A stretch of 12,800 nucleotides of DNA. It comes from a virus. The DNA lies in the UHGV virus genome UHGV-0178829. One strand, written 5' to 3'. The translations under genes were made by a program, and so were the position numbers. Position 1 is the first letter of the stretch, and every line of letters starts with the position of its first letter. Below, one piece after another: positions 7,002 to 12,800 of the stretch. Below the pieces are notes generated by a model. The model saw only the letters and a program-made list of their open reading frames with translations. It searched no databases and was not told the origin of the DNA.

Positions 7002-7579
7002 TGCGGGCCTCCTGTGCTGTCACCGCCGCTCTTCACGCCACTGTGTTTGTGCGTGTGCAGCGTCACACCGTTTGAGGTGAAATCACCGCCGCTGTGCGAG
7101 ATACTGCCACTCATGGTTCCGCCTTCTGTCACCTCAATCGTTGTCGTCTTCAGATGGTTTGTGCAGGTGACGGTGGGGGTATCCAGCGTCACGCCTGTTC
7201 CGGCCTGAATGGTGGCAGTTTTGATTCCGCTGGCGCTCAGTGCGCCAGCGTCCGCATCGTAGCGGAACACCGCGCCGTCAGGCGCTGTAACCACGATTTC
7301 CGTCAGGCTGCTGCCGGGCGCCGGATGTTCGCTGCTCCAGAGACTGCCGATGACGGACGCGGTCGCGGGGTCGCCACCGATGCAGGCAATCATGACCTGT
7401 TCGCCCACGGCAGGCGGCAGCCAGACGCTGAACGCGCCCGCGCGTGGTGTGTTCCAGCGCAGCCAGTCGGTTTCCAGCTCTCCGCTGCGCACGCGAACGC
7501 GCCACGTTGTTTCGTCCACGGCAAAAATCACGCCCGTGCGGATGATATTTGCAAGCAGTCGCATGATTTCCGCTGTCAT
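6998..7579 (-). CDS. Baseplate spike/hub protein V (P2 gpV homolog)
   Basis: Track ORF, 193 aa. ...SGIKTATIQAGTGVTLDTPTVTCTNHLKTTTIEVTEGGTMSGSISHSGGDFTSNGVTLHTHKHSGV... matches the remembered gpV C-terminal region. ATG overlaps the S stop (ATGA). Confidence 0.85.
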   Translation of the reverse strand: MTAEIMRLLANIIRTGVIFAVDETTWRVRVRSGELETDWLRWNTPRAGAFSVWLPPAVGEQVMIACIGGDPATASVIGSLWSSEHPAPGSSLTEIVVTAPDGAVFRYDADAGALSASGIKTATIQAGTGVTLDTPTVTCTNHLKTTTIEVTEGGTMSGSISHSGGDFTSNGVTLHTHKHSGVKSGGDSTGGPQ

Positions 7580-8214
7580 CGTGCTGCACTCCCCAGGGAA
7601 CGGATAATCGCGTCACGCATCCGGCGTTCGTCGGCTGCGGTCACACCCAGCAGTTCACGCACCGGGTAGGTGGTCATCACGCCCGGTGTCACCTCGTCGC
7701 GTAACCCCGCCTGATGCACGCGGGCAATCCGCGCAGCCAGGCCATCAAAGCCCACCACAGCGCCTTCCGCATCTGAGCGCATTTTTAACCAGCGATATGT
7801 GCGAAGACGCGCGAACATCGGCGTGCTTTTCTTGCTGGTCTGGCGGGCAGACATGGACGATACAGCGAGGTATCGTTCAATATCATCGCGGTAAAACGTC
7901 CTCAGTGCGCCGCCACGGTCAGGGTCGCGCCCGATGATGGCGCGGCCTTTCCGGTAACGTTTGTGCCCCCACTGGCGCAGCGTGCGGACCTCGCCGTTCC
8001 AGACAAACTTCACCTCCCGGCGGGTGTGCATTACCTGCTGTTTTCGCGCCGGATACGGCGAACCGTCTGCGTTCTTCTGCGTACGGATACGCGCCTGCTG
8101 GCTCTGGCGCAGCGCCTGCCCGACAGCCCTCGCCGTGCGTGCACGTCCGGCGGTGGAAAGTCCGTTCAGGATGTCGCGGAAAACCGCGTCCGGGTCATGC
8201 GTCGTCGTGTTCAT
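7576..8214 (-). CDS. Phage virion morphogenesis / tail completion protein (P2 gpS family), 212 aa
   Basis: Track ORF at the gpS position between the R and V homologs. Basic protein with ATG at 8214 and an AAGGA SD. Family assignment is by synteny and general resemblance; it is longer than P2 gpS. Confidence 0.65.
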   Translation of the reverse strand: MNTTTHDPDAVFRDILNGLSTAGRARTARAVGQALRQSQQARIRTQKNADGSPYPARKQQVMHTRREVKFVWNGEVRTLRQWGHKRYRKGRAIIGRDPDRGGALRTFYRDDIERYLAVSSMSARQTSKKSTPMFARLRTYRWLKMRSDAEGAVVGFDGLAARIARVHQAGLRDEVTPGVMTTYPVRELLGVTAADERRMRDAIIRSLGSAAR

Positions 8215-8677
8215 CCGTCAAATCCTTAAAGGTCACATCCTCAACAATCAGCTCTCCCCAGGCTCCTGTCAGTGCGGCAGGCGGGCGGGGTTCCGGCAGG
8301 TGCACCGGATACAGTTCCCCCTGTTCATTGCGACAGACTTTCACGCGCTCGCGCACGGGAATTTCCAGTAACAGGTCGGTGCTGTCGTCGTCATTGACGG
8401 CAACGGAAAACTTAACGTCCTTGTTTTTCTCCGGGTTGAGCAGCAAATCCGGCTGGTTGTGCATGAGCCAGACAATCAGCGGCAGCATCAGCTCGTCGAT
8501 GTGTCCCGGAAAATCCATGACGAAGGCCACGAGCGTGTAACGGTAGACAAACGTCGGGGTTTCACCCGTGGTCTCAATACTTCCGCTTTCTGCAAACACG
8601 GTGAGTTTTTCCGGATTCGCGCGACACCACCGGGATGAGGCGGTGAGGGCTTCGCGCAGACGGTTCATTTTCAGCAT
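8195..8677 (-). CDS. Tail completion protein R (P2 gpR homolog)
   Basis: Track ORF, 160 aa. MLKMNRLREALTAS...YRYTLVAFVMDFPGHIDELMLPLIVWLMHNQPDLL resembles remembered gpR. Strong SD AAGGAGA 5 nt upstream of ATG 8677. Confidence 0.8.
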   Translation of the reverse strand: MLKMNRLREALTASSRWCRANPEKLTVFAESGSIETTGETPTFVYRYTLVAFVMDFPGHIDELMLPLIVWLMHNQPDLLLNPEKNKDVKFSVAVNDDDSTDLLLEIPVRERVKVCRNEQGELYPVHLPEPRPPAALTGAWGELIVEDVTFKDLTDEHDDA

Positions 8678-8686
8678 GACTTCTCC

Positions 8687-8980
8687 TTACGGTCGCATCC
8701 GGCGTTGTTGTTCGGTTGCTTTAATGGCTGCCTTGTCAGCGTTGCAGCTCTCCAGTGCGTCCAGCAGCCGGTCACTCCAGACGGCCAGTCCGCCCCACGT
8801 CAGCGGACGGGGCAGGGACGGCACCGGCGTTGGCTGTGTCAGACTTTCCGGCAGCGGTGCGTGCTGCGTCTGAGTGACCACGACGGGGCGCGGCGCGCTG
8901 TTGCAGGCGGTCAGCAACAGCGGCAGGCACAGCAGCAGCCGCGCACGGATTTTCCCGGAGTGTGTTGCGTATCTCTTCAC
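8687..8980 (-). CDS. o-spanin (Rz1/LysC-like outer-membrane lipoprotein), out of frame with and overlapping the 3' part of the i-spanin gene; proposed GTG start
   Basis: Within track ORF 8687..9133: ...KRYATHSGKIRARLLLCLPLLLTAC-NSAPRPVVVTQTQHAPLPESLTQPTPVPSLPRP... has a basic n-region, hydrophobic core, lipobox LTAC and a Pro-rich mature part. In-frame GTG at 8980-8978 is preceded by AGGAGGGAG. The upstream ATGs would give an implausibly long signal peptide. Confidence 0.55.
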   Translation of the reverse strand: MKRYATHSGKIRARLLLCLPLLLTACNSAPRPVVVTQTQHAPLPESLTQPTPVPSLPRPLTWGGLAVWSDRLLDALESCNADKAAIKATEQQRRMRP

Positions 8981-9218
8981 GGCGTTTTTCTCCCTCCTGA
9001 TTCCGGTGCTGCTCTGCGGCGCGGACCTGCGCCAGCAGGTCGCTGATGCCCCGGAGTTCCGCATGAAGTGCATCCACGGCGGCATTTGTTCCCGCCAGCG
9101 CCTGTTCGTGATATTCCCGGCGCGCCCGTTCATGCCCTGCCTGCCAGGCCAGACGCAGTGACACCAGATACAGCGCCCCCGAAAACAGGGCGACGACGGC
9201 GGCGGTGGTCAGCCTCAT
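8772..9218 (-). CDS. i-spanin (Rz/LysB-like; N-terminal TM anchor plus periplasmic coiled coil)
   Basis: Within track ORF 8772..9245, from ATG at 9218 (GGAG SD): MRLTTAAVVALFSGALYLVSLRLAWQ... then a charged helical region rich in A, R, E and Q. The ATG overlaps the lysozyme stop (ATGA). The o-spanin gene overlaps its 3' end, as with P2 lysB/lysC. Confidence 0.7.
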   Translation of the reverse strand: MRLTTAAVVALFSGALYLVSLRLAWQAGHERARREYHEQALAGTNAAVDALHAELRGISDLLAQVRAAEQHRNQEGEKRREEIRNTLRENPCAAAAVPAAVADRLQQRAAPRRGHSDAARTAAGKSDTANAGAVPAPSADVGRTGRLE

Positions 9219-9757
9219 TTCTGTTTCTCCACATCCCGCAGACACCAGGCGCGAAAATCGCTGCGGCGGTTAACCAGTCCCTGACTGCGCTTCCCGCCTG
9301 CATTCACAAAATCAGTGAGGCGGGCACACATCCGCGCCCAGTTATGCGCCTGTGCCTGTTTCCAGATGGTGGTGCGCTGGCGCTTACCGTTGCGGTCCCT
9401 GAACCACATCAGACCGGAGCACCCCAGATTGAAGGCTGCATCCGTCATCGCCTCGAAGGCCGACTGCGGCATGGCTGCCCCCTGAAAATTCTGGTTAATA
9501 CAGCTCTCCGCCCGCTGCATGTCATTCACCCAGCGACGGGCCACCTCCTGCTCGCTGTACAGGTGTTTCTGTACGTTCCCCGTGGAGCCGCAGCCCACGG
9601 TGGCAACACCCGCGATGTCCGTGTAGGGTGTGGCGCGGCAGTCTTCCCACGTGGCAATTTTTATCTGTGCCTCCTGTGAGGTGCGCAGTGCTTCAGGAGC
9701 CAGCGAGACACCCAGCGCCACAATCACGGCGGCGGCATATCGCTTAATGTTTTTCAT
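9215..9757 (-). CDS. Phage lysozyme (GH24, T4/P21-type endolysin) with an N-terminal hydrophobic segment (signal peptide or SAR domain)
   Basis: Within track ORF 9215..9841, from ATG at 9757: MKNIKRYAAAVIVALGVSLAPEAL... then WEDCRATPYTDIAGVATVGCGSTG (E-D-T catalytic pattern) and ...FVNAGGKRSQGLVNRRSDFRAWC, which parallel remembered P21 R21 lysozyme motifs. Confidence 0.8.
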   Translation of the reverse strand: MKNIKRYAAAVIVALGVSLAPEALRTSQEAQIKIATWEDCRATPYTDIAGVATVGCGSTGNVQKHLYSEQEVARRWVNDMQRAESCINQNFQGAAMPQSAFEAMTDAAFNLGCSGLMWFRDRNGKRQRTTIWKQAQAHNWARMCARLTDFVNAGGKRSQGLVNRRSDFRAWCLRDVEKQK

Positions 9758-10037
9758 CGTTATCCCGTTGCAGTGCGGCAAGCGCCCGTTGTTCACTTTC
9801 ATGAAGCCCGCGCGTTCCGGCCTGTGCCAGAATCTGTGCAATCAGCGCATTGCGGCGGACCTGCGCACGCTCCATGCGGCGACGGTGAAGCCAGCCCTGA
9901 AAGAGTGAAAGCGCACCCAGCAGCAGCCCGGCCAGCGCGATTTTTTCGCTGATGGTCATCGCGCCAATCGTGACCGCAGAGACGGAGGCGGCGAAGGCGA
10001 TGTGGTCGTAAATACTGCGAAAAAAACCTAATCCCAT
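9744..10037 (-). CDS. Putative holin (about 97 aa, two TM segments, charged C-terminal tail; pinholin-like topology)
   Basis: Within track ORF 9744..10187, from ATG at 10037 (the upstream part would overlap the gpX homolog): MGLGFFRSIYDHIAFAASVSAVTIGAMTISEKIALAGLLLGALSLFQGWLHRRRMERAQVRR.... It sits immediately upstream of, and overlaps by 14 nt, the lysozyme gene. Confidence 0.5.
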   Translation of the reverse strand: MGLGFFRSIYDHIAFAASVSAVTIGAMTISEKIALAGLLLGALSLFQGWLHRRRMERAQVRRNALIAQILAQAGTRGLHESEQRALAALQRDNDEKH

Positions 10038-10228
10038 AACTGCACCGTCTCCCGTGTTTTTTTCTCTTCCTGCTCCGGTAATTCCACTTCCTGTCCGGCC
10101 TCCAGAAAAATCTGTCCGCACAGCCCCGGATTGGCGGCCAGCACCTTTTCGGTCACGCCCTGCGTTGTGCCGTAGTGCCGGAAGCACAGCAGGTCAACGG
10201 TGTCGTCCTGTAATGCCTTCACCTTCAT
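10028..10228 (-). CDS. Tail protein X (P2 gpX homolog, LysM-like)
   Basis: From ATG at 10228-10226: MKVKALQDDTVDLLCFRHYGTTQGVTEKVLAANPGL...ELPEQE...VQLWD matches remembered gpX (MKTFALQGDTLDAICVRYYGRTEGVVETVLAANPGL...). The ATG overlaps the L stop (ATGA). The track ORF starts 2 codons upstream at a GTG. Confidence 0.85.
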   Translation of the reverse strand: MKVKALQDDTVDLLCFRHYGTTQGVTEKVLAANPGLCGQIFLEAGQEVELPEQEEKKTRETVQLWD

Positions 10229-10722
10229 CAGCACAGCCTCGCAAAGATGCGCGGTGCGCCCTGAATATCGGCAATGGCCCAGCGCACGTCGCGCCAGAGG
10301 TCACCGGTCTGGGCTTCCAGTGCGTCCGCTTTCCGGTCGCCCTGTTCGGTGGTGTCCACATCGCGCACGCGCTCCAGTATCAGGGCGCGGGTGGCGGCAT
10401 ACACCGCAAGACGGAAGCGGTGCACGTTGACGCTTTCGCCGTTCACGCGGGAAGCCGGAACGTCCGCCAGCGTGCGGTATCCGTCATTCATCTGCTGCGT
10501 CTGCCAGTTGCGCAGCTCACCGGTGACGTGTGCCACGGCTTCGGTTGCCGCGTGCATCAGGCGCGACGTGGTGGTGCGACCGGGCAGGCGCACGGCAAGA
10601 CGCAGCGCGCGCAGTTCTGTCTCCGGCCAGAAGTCGTCCGTGGTGATGCGTGCATCACCGTCGTCCGTGTCCGCGACATCCTCCGTCGCGGCAGTGATAC
10701 CGGGTTTTGCAATCATGCTCAT
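10228..10722 (-). CDS. Head completion/stabilization protein (P2 gpL homolog)
   Basis: Track ORF, 164 aa, in the gpL position between the M and X homologs. Acidic N-terminus (...DDFWPETELRALRLA...) and overall pattern resemble remembered gpL. SD GGAGG 7 nt upstream of ATG 10722. Confidence 0.75.
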   Translation of the reverse strand: MSMIAKPGITAATEDVADTDDGDARITTDDFWPETELRALRLAVRLPGRTTTSRLMHAATEAVAHVTGELRNWQTQQMNDGYRTLADVPASRVNGESVNVHRFRLAVYAATRALILERVRDVDTTEQGDRKADALEAQTGDLWRDVRWAIADIQGAPRIFARLC

Positions 10723-10753
10723 GACGAGCCTCCGTTAAAAAGTCAGGCGGTGG

Positions 10754-10801
10754 GCGAACGGTCAGAAGGTCGCGGAGTTAAAAAACCAGGTGACCGTTCG
10801 C
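10754..10801. repeat. Perfect 11-bp inverted repeat GCGAACGGTCA ... TGACCGTTCGC with a 26-nt spacer, in the intergenic region between the M and L homologs
   Basis: Read directly: 10754-10764 GCGAACGGTCA and 10791-10801 TGACCGTTCGC are exact reverse complements. Confidence 0.6.
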
Positions 10802-10841
10802 GCCGCCTGTCGCCGGGGCGAAGTCGGTATGCGTGAGAGTC

Positions 10842-11639
10842 TCACGCGGATTTTTTGCTTTTCCGTGTGGCAGTGGCTTTTGTGGCGCTCTTTTTGCCTG
10901 CCTTTTTCGTCACGGTTTTCGCGGTACTTTTGCCTTCCGCGTTGTTCTCCGCACCGTCGGTACTGGTCAGCTTTTTCACTGCACGGGACAGCGTGGCAAT
11001 CTCGCGCTTCACGCCCGCGTTCGGGTTCAGGTGCATCGCTTCGCGCAGCAGTTTCAATGATGAAGCCATACTGTCCGCATCGGTCAGACCACGGCGGGAA
11101 AAGGCGCACGCCTTGCAGAGTTTGGCGCGGACCTCGTCCGGCATGTCCCGACCGGCGATAATTTCCTGTAGCGTGTCCAGCGGGGCGATGTATCCGGACA
11201 AATCCGCGTCCTGGTCAGTGCCTGCCAGCGTCAGCACCGGGTTACAGATTTCCTCTGTCAGCAGCGTGGCGGCATCGCGCCCGAAGCTGTCCGGTGTGCT
11301 GAGGTTATGGCGTACCACGTACTCACCGATGCGCAGCGCCAGCGGCAAATCACCGCAGTCAACGGCCCAGACCATGAGGGTGACTATCACCTCATCCTGG
11401 CGTCCGCTGTCGCTCTCGAGCGTGCCGTCAATCCAGCCGGAAAAATCCGGCAGCAGCGTCTTTTTCAGTTCCGCTTTCGCTGCCTTTGACTGAATGCCTT
11501 TCAGTCGTGCCTGTGCCAGTCGCAGGCGATGCAGGATTTGTTCGTGAGCCGTGCGCACCGTCTGTGACTGACTGTCATCGGTCAGTCCGGCGCGTTGTGC
11601 CATCGTGCGCTGAAAATGCGCCTGTGCCGGTGTCAGCAT
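10842..11639 (-). CDS. Terminase small (endonuclease) subunit (P2 gpM homolog)
   Basis: Track ORF, 265 aa. MLTPAQAHFQRTMAQRAG...LLPDFSGWIDGTLE...DMPDEVRAKLCKA...NAGVKREIATL... and a Lys/Ala/Thr-rich basic C-terminal tail parallel remembered gpM (MTSPAQRHMMRV...DMPDEVRAKLHK...AGVKKEIERL...). Confidence 0.9.
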   Translation of the reverse strand: MLTPAQAHFQRTMAQRAGLTDDSQSQTVRTAHEQILHRLRLAQARLKGIQSKAAKAELKKTLLPDFSGWIDGTLESDSGRQDEVIVTLMVWAVDCGDLPLALRIGEYVVRHNLSTPDSFGRDAATLLTEEICNPVLTLAGTDQDADLSGYIAPLDTLQEIIAGRDMPDEVRAKLCKACAFSRRGLTDADSMASSLKLLREAMHLNPNAGVKREIATLSRAVKKLTSTDGAENNAEGKSTAKTVTKKAGKKSATKATATRKSKKSA

Positions 11640-11688
11640 TGTTCTCTCCTCTTACGGGCGGTCAGCGCCCGCCCGTGGTTCAGGTAAA

Positions 11689-12750
11689 TCAGTCTTCGTG
11701 ATGGCTTTCATCAGCCAGTTTCAGCCCCGTGATAAGGGCGCACTTGCCGAAGTCTTCCACCACCCACGCATCGTTGGAGGACTGATAGGTTGCGATGCGG
11801 TTGTAGTCCGGCTCTTCACGCATCAGACGACGTAATGCTCCCACCTGGTAGTAGATGGACAGGTTGTCGAACGAGGTGATGAGCAGCGCGTCTTTCGGGA
11901 AGAACGGCGCGAGATATACCGGCAGACCACCAATCAGGCGTGAGGAGGTAATCAACTGACCGGCCATCAGTTCCGTGTTCGGCGCGGCGGCACTCATGGC
12001 GTTAATGAGTGGCAGGCGCAGCGTGTTGAACAGGTCGCGTCCCATCATCACCACAAGGTCGGATGAATCCTTGTACCACTCATCCAGCAGTGATGAGCGC
12101 GCATCCTGTACCAGCGCGTCCGGGTTGTTGTACTTGCCTTTGTAGGTGACGGCGTTGTCCATATCGCGTGCCGTAATGGTGACATCAGACATCACGCGCT
12201 GGGCTGCATTCTGGCGGATGCTTTCCAGCCAGCCCACGCCACAGTCCTGCAACAGCGGGTTACTGCTGCGGTCGGACTTCACGGCGCGGGACGTGCCGTT
12301 GAAACCAATCATGATGCGATCAAGGGCGATACGGCGGGCAATCTGCGCGCTGACCCGAGCCTGAAAATCCGGGTGTGCGGACCACGCGTCCAGTTGTGCG
12401 TAGCTGATAAATGTGTCGTAGTTGACCTGCTCGCAGGCGTACTGGCGTGCCGCCAGCTCGTGGAGTGATGCCGGTTCGCGGCGCTCACTTGTACTGGTGT
12501 TCACACTGGCAGACGGACCGTTGATGCCGATCAGGACTTTTTCGCCTTTCTGGTCGGTCACACCGATGACGTTGATTCTTTGCAGCAGCTCGTCGCTCTG
12601 CTGAATGGCGTTTTCCATGCGCTGCTGCACGGCGGGCTGAACGTTAAAACGCTGAGCAAGCGCTGCGGGAGAAACATTGTTCATGCCCGCCTGCTGCTGC
12701 ATATACATCGCCAGAGCGCCACGGGTGGTGGATGAAAGAGTCAGGTTCAT
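11689..12750 (-). CDS. Major capsid protein (P2 gpN homolog)
   Basis: Track ORF, 353 aa. ...GFNGTSRAVKSDRSSNPLLQDCGVGWL...LVQDARSSLLDEWYKD..DLVVMMGRDL...LSIYYQ...VVEDF... matches remembered gpN (…AGFNGVKRAETSDRSSNPMLQDVAVGWL…). SD GAGGA upstream of ATG 12750. Confidence 0.9.
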   Translation of the reverse strand: MNLTLSSTTRGALAMYMQQQAGMNNVSPAALAQRFNVQPAVQQRMENAIQQSDELLQRINVIGVTDQKGEKVLIGINGPSASVNTSTSERREPASLHELAARQYACEQVNYDTFISYAQLDAWSAHPDFQARVSAQIARRIALDRIMIGFNGTSRAVKSDRSSNPLLQDCGVGWLESIRQNAAQRVMSDVTITARDMDNAVTYKGKYNNPDALVQDARSSLLDEWYKDSSDLVVMMGRDLFNTLRLPLINAMSAAAPNTELMAGQLITSSRLIGGLPVYLAPFFPKDALLITSFDNLSIYYQVGALRRLMREEPDYNRIATYQSSNDAWVVEDFGKCALITGLKLADESHHED

Positions 12751-12800
12751 GGTTAATCCTCAGAAATCACAGGCGGTGTAAGCAATGCCGCCGCCGGTTA

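Larger units (their letters stand above)
2026..12800. mobile_element. Proximal end of a P2-like prophage (or prophage remnant) inserted in mlrA; continues beyond the window end
   Basis: mlrA reading frame broken at about 2023-2026. Beyond it lie a contiguous set of P2-late-gene homologs in P2 order (N, M, L, X, lysis, R, S, V, W, J, I, H) plus moron-like genes. GC content by eye is about 60% in 4500-12800 versus about 50% in the chromosomal flank. Confidence 0.8.

Noticed and set aside
9757-10187. Longer N-terminal versions of the lysozyme (to 9841) and holin (to 10187) ORFs
   Set aside because: The extensions would overlap the upstream genes (holin and gpX respectively) over long distances in other frames and add non-hydrophobic, low-complexity N-termini. 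Internal ATGs give proteins that begin at the expected signal or TM segments.
10831-10856. Plus-strand hairpin GCGTGAGA-G-TCTCACGC followed by TTTTTT, overlapping the stop of the M homolog
   Set aside because: It has terminator-like form only on the strand antisense to the late operon, where no gene is predicted upstream. The loop is very short. Most likely incidental or an antisense-transcript stop; not annotated as a terminator.
5870-11493. Many long plus-strand ORFs in the track (for example 5870..6517, 6240..6911, 7094..7669, 9068..9679, 10054..10836, 10855..11493)
   Set aside because: All are antisense to minus-strand genes with clear P2-family homology and tight translational coupling. 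The region is GC-rich, so stop codons are rare in every frame. Their translations are low-complexity (Arg/Ala/Pro/Ser-rich) with no recognisable domains.
11640-11688. GC hairpin (GGGCGG-GCGCTGA-CCGCCC) between the N and M homologs as a terminator
   Set aside because: No following U-run on the coding (minus) strand and it sits directly before the M ribosome-binding site. More likely a stabilising or attenuating stem within the operon.
1-12800. CRISPR arrays, tRNA or rRNA genes, IS elements
   Set aside because: No regularly spaced direct repeats, no cloverleaf-like tRNA candidates and no transposase-like ORFs were seen on inspection.

Overview
The window joins an Escherichia-type chromosomal segment to one end of a P2-like (Peduovirus-type) prophage. 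Chromosomal part: the first 17 codons of btsR/yehT (1-53, minus strand), the sensor kinase btsS/yehU (50-1735, minus), a divergent promoter region, and only the first 22 codons of mlrA/yehV (1957-2025, plus), which then hit a TGA where the sequence stops looking like mlrA. From about 2026 to the window end the DNA is phage-derived. It starts with a lower-GC block of roughly 2.5 kb: a LexA-boxed dinI-like gene on the plus strand, a terminator, a small multi-pass membrane ORF, a small acidic ORF and the distal part of the tail-fiber gene. The rest is a GC-rich, tightly packed minus-strand late operon in P2 order: tail fiber H, baseplate I, J, W, V, tail completion S and R, a lysis cassette (overlapping o-/i-spanins, GH24 lysozyme, small 2-TM holin), X, head completion L, small terminase M and major capsid N. 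Most gene boundaries overlap by ATGA/GTGA, indicating translational coupling. The main open questions are the two unassigned small ORFs between the tail fiber and the junction, the absence of tail sheath/tube/tape-measure genes where P2 synteny expects them, and the compositional break inside the tail-fiber gene. All protein assignments come from translating the ORFs and comparing them from memory with P2 and E. coli proteins; no database search was run.
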